Positions 17,218-25,997 are shown, counted from the first letter of the stretch. The stretch is DNA of 47,500 nucleotides from a virus (IMGVR_UViG_3300031670_000381:1-47500), one strand, 5' to 3'. Notes: a model not told the origin generated them from the sequence alone. Numbers and translations: made by a program.

Positions 17218-17505
17218 TCAGTGCTGGCGGTCCGGGTAACGTGACGGCCAGATCGCCCAAGGCGGCAGGCCGATCGCTTTGGCAATAATCGATTCGGCCT
17301 TCGGCCATTTCTTGCGCATCGCGAGATTCAACGTGCCCGGCTTGTAATCATTGGCGACCGAGAGTTGCCGCAGCGACCATCCGGCTTTCTTCAGCGCGGC
17401 GACGATATCTGCGCTGTGCCAGTCGCGGCGCACTGGTTGGCGATCGGCGAGTCTCTTACTTGACAGCGGCATTGGTTCTCTGATTCGCTTCGCGAGTATC
17501 GTCAT
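17218..17505 (-). CDS. ner: Ner/Nlp-like DNA-binding protein
   Basis: DWHSADIVAALKKAGWSLRQLS...KWPKAESIIAKAIG..PWAIWPSRY. Confidence 0.93.
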   Translation of the reverse strand: MTILAKRIREPMPLSSKRLADRQPVRRDWHSADIVAALKKAGWSLRQLSVANDYKPGTLNLAMRKKWPKAESIIAKAIGLPPWAIWPSRYPDRQH

Positions 17506-17515
17506 GCGGATACGG

Positions 17516-17544
17516 ATACTCTCCTATTTATAGGAGATTGTCAA
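17516..17544 (-). promoter_or_regulatory. leftward early promoter with palindromic operator
   Basis: TTGACA (17544-17539), 17 nt, GAGTAT; inverted repeat TCTCCTAT-TT-ATAGGAGA at 17520-17537 occupies the spacer. Confidence 0.65.
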
Positions 17545-17568
17545 GCACAAACAGGAGACGTTGGAATT

Positions 17569-18054
17569 TTGACCGCTGTTGCGCGGAGTAAGGCGAATGC
17601 GGGGGGCGCCGCTCGGGAGAAATTACGGTCCGAGTTTCGGGCCGCTGTTGCCTCCCGGATGCAGGAGATCGCACGCCTCGCCGGCGGCAATCGCGCCTTC
17701 GCGAAAAAGATCGGCATTACTGAATCGCGGCTCTACCGGTTTTTGAGCGGCGAGACGGCTCCGGACGCCGAGGTGATTGCCTCGATTTCCGAGCACCTGG
17801 ACATCTCGCCGCGATGGCTGGTGACCGGAAAGGGCGATATCCGTCACGCCCAGTCACAGCAGCGTGCGCCAACACCACTCGATGCTGCCCTGCTGCGACT
17901 GGTTGTGGAATGCGTCGAAGAATGGTCTAAAGAGCGTAGGCCAGCAGTGGCCAAGAAAGCCGAGATTATAGGAAAGGTGTACGCGTTCTTCGCTTCCGAA
18001 CCCGGCAAAGCCGATCGAGGTAAAGTACTCGCTCTGGTAAGAGCCGCCGCCTGA
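17569..18054 (+). CDS. XRE-family HTH phage repressor
   Basis: FAKKIGITESRLYRFLSGETAPD...ISPRWLVTGKG; divergent from ner. Confidence 0.85.
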   Translation: MTAVARSKANAGGAAREKLRSEFRAAVASRMQEIARLAGGNRAFAKKIGITESRLYRFLSGETAPDAEVIASISEHLDISPRWLVTGKGDIRHAQSQQRAPTPLDAALLRLVVECVEEWSKERRPAVAKKAEIIGKVYAFFASEPGKADRGKVLALVRAAA

Positions 18055-18073
18055 CTCTTTATGAGGAAACACG

Positions 18074-18502
18074 ATGGAGGAGCGCGAGCGCGAGAAAAAA
18101 CGCGCCGAGATTGTCGATCTACTGAACGACGCCAGCCGCCCGCGTCCGCGGCGTCGGCGCGCGCCGGTTCCGGCAATTCAAGTCAACGGAAATTGCAACG
18201 TCATAACTGTCGGCGGTGTCGTGCGGATCGAGAAGATGCGCGATGCTGCGACCAGACCGAGCGGTAATGTTTCCCACCGCGCTCTGCCGCCGCCGAGTCG
18301 AAGGAAGGCATGGCGAGAAGAGGTCGTCAACGCGATCTGGACCTGCGCCTGGGATATCAATCTCAATCCGGACGAACTCTTTGCGTTGGTCTCGAAGAAA
18401 CTCGGCCGATGTGTGACCTCCCTATCGAAAGCATCGGAACAGGACCTCGGATGGATCTACGAATGGATCGCCGCGCTCGATCGTCCGGGGCTGAAATCAT
18501 AA
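18074..18502 (+). CDS. hypothetical protein of the repressor cluster
   Basis: 142 aa, GAGG RBS. Confidence 0.65.
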   Translation: MEEREREKKRAEIVDLLNDASRPRPRRRRAPVPAIQVNGNCNVITVGGVVRIEKMRDAATRPSGNVSHRALPPPSRRKAWREEVVNAIWTCAWDINLNPDELFALVSKKLGRCVTSLSKASEQDLGWIYEWIAALDRPGLKS

Positions 18503-18520
18503 GCGAGGAGGGACAGGAAA

Positions 18521-19075
18521 ATGGCGAAGCTGATTTCGTGCAAGGTCTGCTCAAAAGAAGTCGCCAGTTCAGCCGGGAAATGTCCGCATTGCGGTGCCCC
18601 GATTTCCGGTGGCGGCGGCAAGTTCCGCAGAGTAGTGCTCGGGATGATCGGGCTGGTTGTGTTGCTGGGCTTCATCGGCGCGCTGTTAGGAAATCACGAT
18701 CAATCGTCCACAGATTCTCGTGGCGCGTCCGCTTCAGCACCGCCCACGCCGGAGCTGTCAATTAACGCGATCAGACTGGTCGAGGATTACGAGGCAAATG
18801 AAGTGGCAGCGGATCAGAAGTATAAGGGCAAGACCATCGAAGTGAACGGAATGGTTGGGAGCGTCGGAAAGGATATCCTCAACTCGATGTATGTCACGCT
18901 CGGTCAACGGGAAGACGATATCGCGAGCGCGCAGCTTTTCTTCGCGAAAGAGCACGAAAACGAACTGGCCTCTCTGTCGAGGGGGCAGTTCCTCGACGCG
19001 GTTTGCGTGTGCGACGGGAAGATGATGAACGTGATCTTGAAGAATTGCCAAATAGAAGGGCGCCAGACAAAGTAA
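18521..19075 (+). CDS. zinc-ribbon + transmembrane + OB-fold (tRNA_anti-like) membrane protein
   Basis: CKVC...CPHC, hydrophobic helix, YEANEVAADQKYKGKTIEVNG. Confidence 0.8.
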   Translation: MAKLISCKVCSKEVASSAGKCPHCGAPISGGGGKFRRVVLGMIGLVVLLGFIGALLGNHDQSSTDSRGASASAPPTPELSINAIRLVEDYEANEVAADQKYKGKTIEVNGMVGSVGKDILNSMYVTLGQREDDIASAQLFFAKEHENELASLSRGQFLDAVCVCDGKMMNVILKNCQIEGRQTK

Positions 19076-19101
19076 ATCCGCAGCATCGGAGGAGCGGACC
19101 T

Positions 19102-19686
19102 ATGAGAGAACTTCTTGGCGAAATTTTCGCCGTCGCTTGGCTCGTCTCCTCTGCGGCTTTTGTCGCGAGTTTCGTTCCGCGCCTGCAGACCCGGATGCTT
19201 GCCCATGGCCACTCCTTGCGGAGCCGACGGTGGTCGAGCGCGATAGTAGCGACAATTCTTTTCTTCGCGACTATTATCGCAGCGCCGCCGCCAAGCTCGC
19301 CCGAGAAGGCAGCCGGGCTCAAGGCCGCAGCACCGCCGTCAGGGGGAACGCCACCGCCCAAGCAGCTCACGCAGCAACAAATCCTCGATGCCCGGCTCGC
19401 GGTCTGCGTCGCGGTCGCAGACGAATATAACGACGCGCTTGCCTCTCGGGCCGTGAAGGACACGATTGTTCTGGCCAATCAATACGACGTTGGCAAAAAC
19501 GCCGGAGGCGTGGCGATCGGGCATGAGATTGGCGAGTATTTCAACGGCCGCTGGCGGGACGCCGATTGCAACGAGCTTTCGACCGCACCATGGACGATGG
19601 ACCAGGGCTACGCCGGCGATGCCATCTCACTGCCCGTGGGCGCGATTCGTCTGACTCTCTGCCGCGAAGCGAACTATTGCTCCTGA
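19102..19686 (+). CDS. membrane protein with two N-terminal hydrophobic segments
   Basis: GGAGGAG RBS before ATG 19102; hydrophobic N-terminus. Confidence 0.65.
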   Translation: MRELLGEIFAVAWLVSSAAFVASFVPRLQTRMLAHGHSLRSRRWSSAIVATILFFATIIAAPPPSSPEKAAGLKAAAPPSGGTPPPKQLTQQQILDARLAVCVAVADEYNDALASRAVKDTIVLANQYDVGKNAGGVAIGHEIGEYFNGRWRDADCNELSTAPWTMDQGYAGDAISLPVGAIRLTLCREANYCS

Positions 19687-19692
19687 GCAGAC

Positions 19693-19712
19693 TGGTGAAT
19701 CAGTTCGCCCGT
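19693..19712 (+). promoter_or_regulatory. degenerate copy of the late palindrome
   Basis: TGGTGAATCAGTTCGCCCGT, 17/20 identical to the copies at 20565 and 29700. Confidence 0.5.
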
Positions 19713-19778
19713 TTTCCATCCGCGTGGATGAAAGACTTCGAGGAGCAGCGTTGAAAACGTAAAAGGGGAAAATCAAAA

Positions 19779-20546
19779 ATGGATGGCAGCGGCTCGAGAG
19801 TGAGGCCGAACTTCTGCACGCGATGCGGCGCGCGGCTGTCGGCGTTAAGGCGAATTTTCCGGATGAACAAATGCGGTGCCTGCCTGAGCGTGATCGCGCA
19901 GGAAGGAGCCAGTGAGGCTAGCGCCGCGCGCGCCGATGCTGCCAATGCCAAACGCGCTGCCGACGAAGCCGCCGCAATTGAGAAAAGCCTGATCTATACG
20001 CTCCGCACGGCGCACGATAATGGCACCAACGAGAGCGACGTCGTGAAACTTCTGAAGCCGATGTTCGGAGCCAGCGATTGGTGGGTCGAGTCGGCTTTCG
20101 TGATCAATCCGGAAACCAATCGCCGAAACAAGGTTCACCCTGCGGCCGAGATCGTGGTACCGCTCTGCTTCGCCACCTCGGCCATCTGGAGAGGCGCCGA
20201 GTCTTGGGATGGCGTGCAGCGCACCAAGCAAATTCTGCCGTTGCTCCGCTATACCGCGCTGGCCGACGATTGCGGCCATTCCGAGTGGCACGGGATCGTT
20301 CTGGAGGTGAACGATCCGTGGTGGCGAAAACACTTCCCTCCAAACTCGGCGCTCTGCGGCTGCGCGGCTGATTCGCTCTCGCGGAGCGATTTGGAAGAAG
20401 AGGGGAACCGCATTTCCGGCGTGCCTTCGACGCAATGCACAGTCGATCCACTATTTTCCGGACTGCCATCGGAAGAGATGGCCGTCAGGGTCGTGCGCGC
20501 ATGGCTCGCCAATCCGCGAGTATTCACAGTACCCGAAGATCCTTGA
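19779..20546 (+). CDS. zinc-ribbon + MuF (phage Mu F-like) domain protein, paralogue of gpF
   Basis: CTRC...CGAC; WDGVQRTK..LPLLRY...H.EWHGIVL..NDPWW..HFPPN...CGC..DSLS. Confidence 0.75.
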   Translation: MDGSGSRVRPNFCTRCGARLSALRRIFRMNKCGACLSVIAQEGASEASAARADAANAKRAADEAAAIEKSLIYTLRTAHDNGTNESDVVKLLKPMFGASDWWVESAFVINPETNRRNKVHPAAEIVVPLCFATSAIWRGAESWDGVQRTKQILPLLRYTALADDCGHSEWHGIVLEVNDPWWRKHFPPNSALCGCAADSLSRSDLEEEGNRISGVPSTQCTVDPLFSGLPSEEMAVRVVRAWLANPRVFTVPEDP

Positions 20547-20564
20547 AAGCGCTTTTCACGCATC

Positions 20565-20612
20565 GGGCGAATTAGTTCGCCCGTGTACCACGCGCGGGAG
20601 TGAAAATATCCT
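20565..20612 (+). promoter_or_regulatory. putative late promoter (activator palindrome plus -10) of the lysis/packaging operon
   Basis: GGGCGAA-TTAG-TTCGCCC at 20565-20582; TATCCT begins 25 nt after it; identical palindrome at 29700. Confidence 0.7.
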
Positions 20613-21211
20613 CACGTGCGTTGCAAGAGGCGAATAAATTCAGCCCATCCTTCGTCGGATGGCTGCACGCGAATCGCGGCGGGGTTTCTCCGGTTGCGGA
20701 GTTTCCGGCTGAGTTCGTCGCGGCGGTCGGCCGAGTCCTGCGCGACGAAGGCGGCTATGAATCGCCTCGGCGTGCGTCCGGCGATGGCGACGCCGGCGGC
20801 GAAACCAATTTCGGCATCTCGAAGCGCGAATACGCCGACCTGGATATCGCTGATCTGACCCGCGATGACGCGGTGCAAATCTACTGGTTCGACTGGTGGA
20901 TACGCTTCTCCTATGACGATCTGCCTGCCGCCGTCGCGCCGAAAGTCTTTGACCTTGCGATCAACGTCGGTCCCGGCGACGCCGCGATAATCGTGCAGCG
21001 CGCGTGTCGCGCCTGCGGAATCGCGGTTCCCGAAGCCGACAACCTGGGCCCGCGCACGCGAGCCGCCGCTCATCAAATCGCGAGCGAGAACCGGACTGAC
21101 GCGATGCTCGCCGCGATCCGCAGCGAGGCAGCCGGGCATTACCGCGGCCTGGCGCTGGTGCGTGGCCAGAGCCGCTTCCTCAATGGCTGGCTCAACCGGG
21201 CCTATGAATAG
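20600..21211 (+). CDS. endolysin, glycoside hydrolase family 108 with C-terminal peptidoglycan-binding domain
   Basis: EGGY...DAGGETNFGIS...FDLAINVGP...FLNGWLNRA; start codon uncertain. Confidence 0.92.
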   Translation: MKISSRALQEANKFSPSFVGWLHANRGGVSPVAEFPAEFVAAVGRVLRDEGGYESPRRASGDGDAGGETNFGISKREYADLDIADLTRDDAVQIYWFDWWIRFSYDDLPAAVAPKVFDLAINVGPGDAAIIVQRACRACGIAVPEADNLGPRTRAAAHQIASENRTDAMLAAIRSEAAGHYRGLALVRGQSRFLNGWLNRAYE

Positions 21212-21626
21212 CGACGAAAGGAAATGTGCCGGGCGAGTACGAATCGACGGTCCGATGAGCGCGGCGGAAATCCGCGAGCTCGCCGCGAAGATGATCGTCG
21301 TCGCGATCCTCGTAAGCGCGGTCGCGGTGTTCGCGGTCGCGATGGGCGGCTGCGCGCAAACGCACGAGCGGGGATTTATCGCGCGATGCGTGGTTGCGCG
21401 CGCACCGTTGCCCGGAGAATTGGAGCCGGGAACGGGGAAAGCTCTGGATATCGCGACCAATCCGATCCCATTTATTTCGCCGCCTCATCGGCTCGTCGAA
21501 TGGTGCGATTCTGGCGCCGGTTTCCATCTGATCGACGAACAGGAAAACAGCGGCGCATCGCCGATGGATTACCTTTCGGATCCGATCGACAAGGCGGCTT
21601 CGATGCTGACGATTCCGGTGCTGTGA
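21204..21626 (+). CDS. putative lipoprotein of the lysis region
   Basis: hydrophobic stretch ending in lipobox-like AMGGC. Confidence 0.6.
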   Translation: MNSDERKCAGRVRIDGPMSAAEIRELAAKMIVVAILVSAVAVFAVAMGGCAQTHERGFIARCVVARAPLPGELEPGTGKALDIATNPIPFISPPHRLVEWCDSGAGFHLIDEQENSGASPMDYLSDPIDKAASMLTIPVL

Positions 21627-21636
21627 GGGGAATCCG

Positions 21637-22212
21637 ATGAATTATTTCAGCGTGAAGGATTACGTTTCCGCGATCGCGGAAATCAAAAAGCTCTCGTGGG
21701 CCCAGCGAACCGAGCTGGCCGGCTACGCGATCGTGGCCGGCGCGGCGGGATATGAAGCGCACGGCTATCTCGGGGCGGCGGGAGCGGCGATCGCCGCGAT
21801 TGGAATCCATCTGCGCGGCCTGGTGCAGCCCCCTCCGTTTGGAAAAGCAGCCGCAGCCGCCGCGGCTGCCAAATCAGCGGCGATAATCAGACCGGAGAAA
21901 ACCGCGAATGTGCAAAGCGATACCGATATTTTCGGCGCTCATTCTCAGTGCCGGCATCGCCGCCGGATGCTCTCCCGCGCTGGTCGAGGTGAAGGGCGCC
22001 GCGGCCTGCGCGCCGCCCGCGCCATTCGCGTTCGCGAGTCCCGTGCCGGCGCCGGATTTGCCAGCCGTATCCGGAACTCAGTGTCCCGGATACGCGCTGT
22101 GCCTGGACCAGGTGGATCGCGATGCCATGTTCGACGGAATAAGGGCGCTGGAGAACGACACGTTGTACATGCGCGATTTCTACCGCGGGCAAATCAACGC
22201 GTATCAGGCTGA
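21637..22212 (+). CDS. membrane protein (holin or inner-spanin candidate)
   Basis: GAGGGG RBS; hydrophobic Ala/Gly-rich N-terminal half; 3' half overlaps the next ORF out of frame. Confidence 0.5.
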   Translation: MNYFSVKDYVSAIAEIKKLSWAQRTELAGYAIVAGAAGYEAHGYLGAAGAAIAAIGIHLRGLVQPPPFGKAAAAAAAAKSAAIIRPEKTANVQSDTDIFGAHSQCRHRRRMLSRAGRGEGRRGLRAARAIRVRESRAGAGFASRIRNSVSRIRAVPGPGGSRCHVRRNKGAGERHVVHARFLPRANQRVSG

Positions 22213-22231
22213 GCTCAAGAAACAGCGGTAA
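21908..22231 (+). CDS. lipoprotein, outer-spanin (Rz1-like) candidate
   Basis: signal peptide with lipobox IAAGC, Pro-rich linker, ALCLD motif; overlaps the previous ORF. Confidence 0.6.
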   Translation: MCKAIPIFSALILSAGIAAGCSPALVEVKGAAACAPPAPFAFASPVPAPDLPAVSGTQCPGYALCLDQVDRDAMFDGIRALENDTLYMRDFYRGQINAYQAELKKQR

Positions 22232-22268
22232 TTTTGCAAACGTCTGCAACGAATCAGGAGAGAGAAAG

Positions 22269-22694
22269 ATGAGTCTTTTAACCGATCTGGAATCTGAAGT
22301 CGGAAAGTTCAACAGCGATGTTGCCGGCGTGGCGGCGCTGGTGTGGGGCGACGTGAAAGGCGCCGTCGCCAGCGGCGAGGCGATCGCGGTCGACGACGTG
22401 AAGGCGGCGCTCCCGAAATTCGTCGCGGCGCTGAAGGATTATACCTCGCAGGTCGTGGCGAGCGTGCAATCGGATCCCGCGTTCGCGGGCGCGGTCGGTT
22501 CCTGGAAATTCGGCACCGTCTGCAACCTGATCTTCCAGGCCGTGAAGTCTGGGCTGCCGGGCTTTGAGCACACCGCTGTCGCGCTTGGACAGGCGACCGT
22601 GGAGTCCGTAGTGCAAGATTCCGTCAAAGGAGTCCTGGCAGGCGCCGTGACCGCAAACCCTACTTCATCGGCGGCGAAGCCGTCGGCGGCCTGA
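22269..22694 (+). CDS. hypothetical protein
   Basis: 141 aa, AGGAG RBS. Confidence 0.7.
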   Translation: MSLLTDLESEVGKFNSDVAGVAALVWGDVKGAVASGEAIAVDDVKAALPKFVAALKDYTSQVVASVQSDPAFAGAVGSWKFGTVCNLIFQAVKSGLPGFEHTAVALGQATVESVVQDSVKGVLAGAVTANPTSSAAKPSAA

Positions 22695-22746
22695 TAGCAG
22701 GATTCATCATCGGACTGCGCAAGCAACGCTGAAAAAAGGGGGATGG

Positions 22747-23049
22747 ATGGATTGGCAAACGATCGCGGCCTTTGCGCTGGTCGCGGTAACGCTCCTGGGC
22801 GTGAATATCGCCGCGGTTCAGTGGGTCATGGCGCGGCGCGATCGCAAGGATGTGCGCCACCAGGAACGTCTGCTCGGGCTCGAAAAAGACCTGAACGAAA
22901 TCAGGGTCACGCTGCCGCTCGAGTACGTCCGGCGCGAGGACTGGATTCGGTTCTCGTCGACGCTGGACGGAAAGATAGACCGGTTGCGGGACGAAATACG
23001 CGACGAGATGAAGGACCTGCGGGGGATGATCGATGGCGGAAGGATTTGA
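22747..23049 (+). CDS. TM + coiled-coil protein (Mu gp25-like position)
   Basis: N-terminal TM, LPLEYVRREDWIR. Confidence 0.75.
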   Translation: MDWQTIAAFALVAVTLLGVNIAAVQWVMARRDRKDVRHQERLLGLEKDLNEIRVTLPLEYVRREDWIRFSSTLDGKIDRLRDEIRDEMKDLRGMIDGGRI

Positions 23050-23341
23050 CTTCGAGCAGAAGCAGAAAGAGGACGCGCGCTGGCGAATACTGCGCGTAAT
23101 CGACGCCGGCCGTCCGATCGCGGTATCCGAGCAAATCGTCTGGCGTGTGCTGGTGGATTTGAAGCTCCTGTTTTCCCTGCACGATGTGCGCCGCGAGCTG
23201 GATTACCTGCGGATGCGCAAGCTGATCGAGATCGAAGGCGAGGAAACGGATTTCTGGTATGGAACGCTGACCCGCGCGGGAATCGACCTGGTCGAATACA
23301 CGGCGCCAGTCGAGCCGGGAATCGCGCGCCCGCGGCGGTAA
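23033..23341 (+). CDS. Mu gp26-like winged-helix protein
   Basis: RWRILR...VRRELDYL...LTRAGIDLVEYT...PGIARP. Confidence 0.8.
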   Translation: MAEGFDFEQKQKEDARWRILRVIDAGRPIAVSEQIVWRVLVDLKLLFSLHDVRRELDYLRMRKLIEIEGEETDFWYGTLTRAGIDLVEYTAPVEPGIARPRR

Positions 23342-23348
23342 TTTTCAA

Positions 23349-23903
23349 ATGCAGCGCTCCATTATCGCCCGGCTGCCTGAAGATCTCCGCAAGCAACTCG
23401 ACCAGCGAATCATAAAGAAGGGCTTCGCCGGCTATCGCGAGCTCGCCGACTGGCTCTCGGGCGAGGGCTACGAAATCCGTAAGAGCGCCGTCCACAAGCA
23501 TGGCCAGAAGCTCGAGGAAAGGCTGAAGGCGATCAAGCTTGCGACCGAGCAGGCGCGCGCGATCGTCGCCGAATCTCCGGACTCGGAAAACACGATGAAC
23601 GATGCGCTGGTGCGGTTACTCCAGGAGCGCGTCTTTCAGATGTTGGTTGATCTCGAGATGGAGGATCTCGACGGCAAGAAGGCCGCGACTCTCGCGCGCG
23701 GAATCGCATCGCTGGCGCGTGCGAGCGTGACGCAAAAGAAATGGGCCGACGAATATGCGGCGCGACTCAAGACCGCCAGCGAGCGCGTAACCGAAGAGGC
23801 CAAGCGCGCGGGCCTGTCGAGCAGCTCGGCGGAAAAGATTCGCGCCGCTTTGCTCGGGGCCGGCGCGATCGCGCCGGCTGCGGAGGCCTGCGCCAGTGGC
23901 TGA
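23349..23903 (+). CDS. terminase small subunit, Mu gp27-like (DUF3486)
   Basis: RSIIARLPEDLR..LD...GYRELADWL..EGYEIRKSAVH; precedes the large terminase. Confidence 0.88.
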   Translation: MQRSIIARLPEDLRKQLDQRIIKKGFAGYRELADWLSGEGYEIRKSAVHKHGQKLEERLKAIKLATEQARAIVAESPDSENTMNDALVRLLQERVFQMLVDLEMEDLDGKKAATLARGIASLARASVTQKKWADEYAARLKTASERVTEEAKRAGLSSSSAEKIRAALLGAGAIAPAAEACASG

Positions 23904-25428
23904 CCTCCAGCGGATGCTGCTGCCGTACCAGCAGGAATGGATCGCCGACGAGGCGGACGTCAAAGTCGCCGAGAAATCCCGCCGCATCGGATTCACCTGG
24001 GCGGAATCAGCCGATGACGTTCTGCAGGCTGCCCGCGCCGACGGCAAAGACGTCTGGTATATCGCGTACGAGCAGGAAATCGCGCGCGAGTTTATCGAGG
24101 ACTGCGCGTTTTGGGCGAAGCTTTTCAACGAGGCGGCGAGCGAGATGCGCGAGGTGCTGTACGAGGACGAGGGAAAGGCGATTCTCGCGTATCGAATTGA
24201 TTTCGCTTCCGGCCACAAGATCGTCGCGCTGTCGTCACGTCCGCGCAATCTGCGCGGACGCGACGGAATCGCGGTGCTGGACGAGTTCGCATTCGTCGAT
24301 GACCCGGACGAACTGCTCAAAGCGGCGATGGCGTTCCTGGTGTGGGGCGGCAAGGTCAGAATCATCTCGACGCACAACGGCGCCGAGAATCCGTTCAATA
24401 CTCTGGTGAACGATTGCCGCTCCGGCCGCGTGCCCTATTCGCTGCATCGCGTGGATTTCAATCAGGCGCAGCGCGAGGGTCTCTATCGCAAGGTCTGCGA
24501 GCGCACCGGAAAGCCCTGGAGCCGGGAGAGCGAGATCAAATGGCGCGACGGAATTATCGCGCGCTACCGCGAGAACGTCGATGAGGAACTTTTCTGCATC
24601 CCGCGCTTCGGCGGCTCGGTGCCGCTGCCGCGCGCGCTGATAGAATCGCGGATGACGGCGGACGCTCCGGTGATTCGGTGGGAGCGTGACGACAAGTTCG
24701 TGCATCTGACGGATGACGAGCGCCGGTCGTCCGCCAACGCGTTCATAAAAGAGAATTTGGAGCCGCTTTTGCCGCGGCTTAATCCCGAGCTGCTCAGCTT
24801 TTTTGGTGAGGACTTCGGCCGCACGCTCGACTTGACTGTCATCTGGCCGATGCAGCTCGGCGCCGCGCTCAAACGGCTCACGCCGTTCGTGGTAGAACTG
24901 CGCAACGTGCCGTATCGCCAGCAGGAACAGATACTTTTCTGGATTGTCGATCATCTGCCGCGCTTTACGGCAGGCGCGCTGGACGCCGGCGGCAACGGCG
25001 GCTATCTGGCGGAGGCCGCGATGCAGCGATATGGCGAGCATATCGCGCCGGTGCGTTTCACGGTCGATTGGTATCTCCAGAACATGCCGGGTTATATCGC
25101 GGCGTTCCAGGACGACACGATCGAGCTGCCACTCGATACCGATATCCTGAACGACCACAGTGCTTTGCGCACCGAAAAAGGCATCACGCGCGTGCCGGAC
25201 GTGCGCACGCGATCTCATTCGGGCGCGGGCAAGCGGCACGGTGACTCCGCAATCGCGGGTGCGCTGGCATTTTTCGCCTCCAAGCTGGACGTGATTGGCT
25301 ACGACTACACACCGGCGCCGCGCGCGACGAAGTTCGGCGACGCGAAAATAGGTGATGACGATGATGATGGGAAATCGCGCGGCAATCCGTTTGGGGGGCC
25401 GGCGCGGTTTGGCCGGGGAGCATGGTAA
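23896..25428 (+). CDS. terminase large subunit, Mu gp28-like
   Basis: LLPYQQEW...EKSRRIGFTW, LDEFAF, ISTHNG, DFGR, RHGDSAIA. Confidence 0.95.
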   Translation: MADLQRMLLPYQQEWIADEADVKVAEKSRRIGFTWAESADDVLQAARADGKDVWYIAYEQEIAREFIEDCAFWAKLFNEAASEMREVLYEDEGKAILAYRIDFASGHKIVALSSRPRNLRGRDGIAVLDEFAFVDDPDELLKAAMAFLVWGGKVRIISTHNGAENPFNTLVNDCRSGRVPYSLHRVDFNQAQREGLYRKVCERTGKPWSRESEIKWRDGIIARYRENVDEELFCIPRFGGSVPLPRALIESRMTADAPVIRWERDDKFVHLTDDERRSSANAFIKENLEPLLPRLNPELLSFFGEDFGRTLDLTVIWPMQLGAALKRLTPFVVELRNVPYRQQEQILFWIVDHLPRFTAGALDAGGNGGYLAEAAMQRYGEHIAPVRFTVDWYLQNMPGYIAAFQDDTIELPLDTDILNDHSALRTEKGITRVPDVRTRSHSGAGKRHGDSAIAGALAFFASKLDVIGYDYTPAPRATKFGDAKIGDDDDDGKSRGNPFGGPARFGRGAW

Positions 25429-25997
25429 TGAACGCGCCGATCGTTCAACGGAGGACGCTGCCGTTTGCGCCCGGCAGATACGAGGGTTCAAATCCCTCTC
25501 GGCGCGCCAAACTCGTTTCGTTCATAGCGGCGTGTGCGTTTCTGTGCGCGCCAATTCTCGCGCGCGGGGCATCATCTGAAAAAGTCGTGATGCCGGATTC
25601 GCATCTGACGCCCGGCGCGGTTACCCGCGCGACGGCGGAGCAACTCTGCAACCCGAAGTTCCGCACCGCGTCGGTGCGGAATGTGCCGGCGAGCGAAAAG
25701 CAGCAGGTTTATGCGGAGTACCATCGCACTCGGCAAAAGGGCGTCTGCTGCGAGGTCGACCATCTCATTTCACTGGAACTCGGCGGCAGCAACGACATCC
25801 GGAACCTGTGGCCGCAACCTTATTCGCCCGCACCCGGCGCGCATCAGAAAGATATTGTCGAAAACTGGCTGCACAAGCAGGTGTGCGCCGGAGCGATTGG
25901 CCTGAAGACCGCGCAGCATCAGATCGCGACCGATTGGTACGCGGTCTATGAGGAGATGACGGCCGCGCAGAAGAACGCCGTGGTGAAGCGCCGATGA
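25428..25997 (+). CDS. HNH-like nuclease-domain protein with putative signal peptide
   Basis: EVDHLISLELGGSNDIRNLWPQ...KD.VEN.LH..VC; hydrophobic FIAACAFLCAPILA. Confidence 0.75.
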   Translation: MNAPIVQRRTLPFAPGRYEGSNPSRRAKLVSFIAACAFLCAPILARGASSEKVVMPDSHLTPGAVTRATAEQLCNPKFRTASVRNVPASEKQQVYAEYHRTRQKGVCCEVDHLISLELGGSNDIRNLWPQPYSPAPGAHQKDIVENWLHKQVCAGAIGLKTAQHQIATDWYAVYEEMTAAQKNAVVKRR

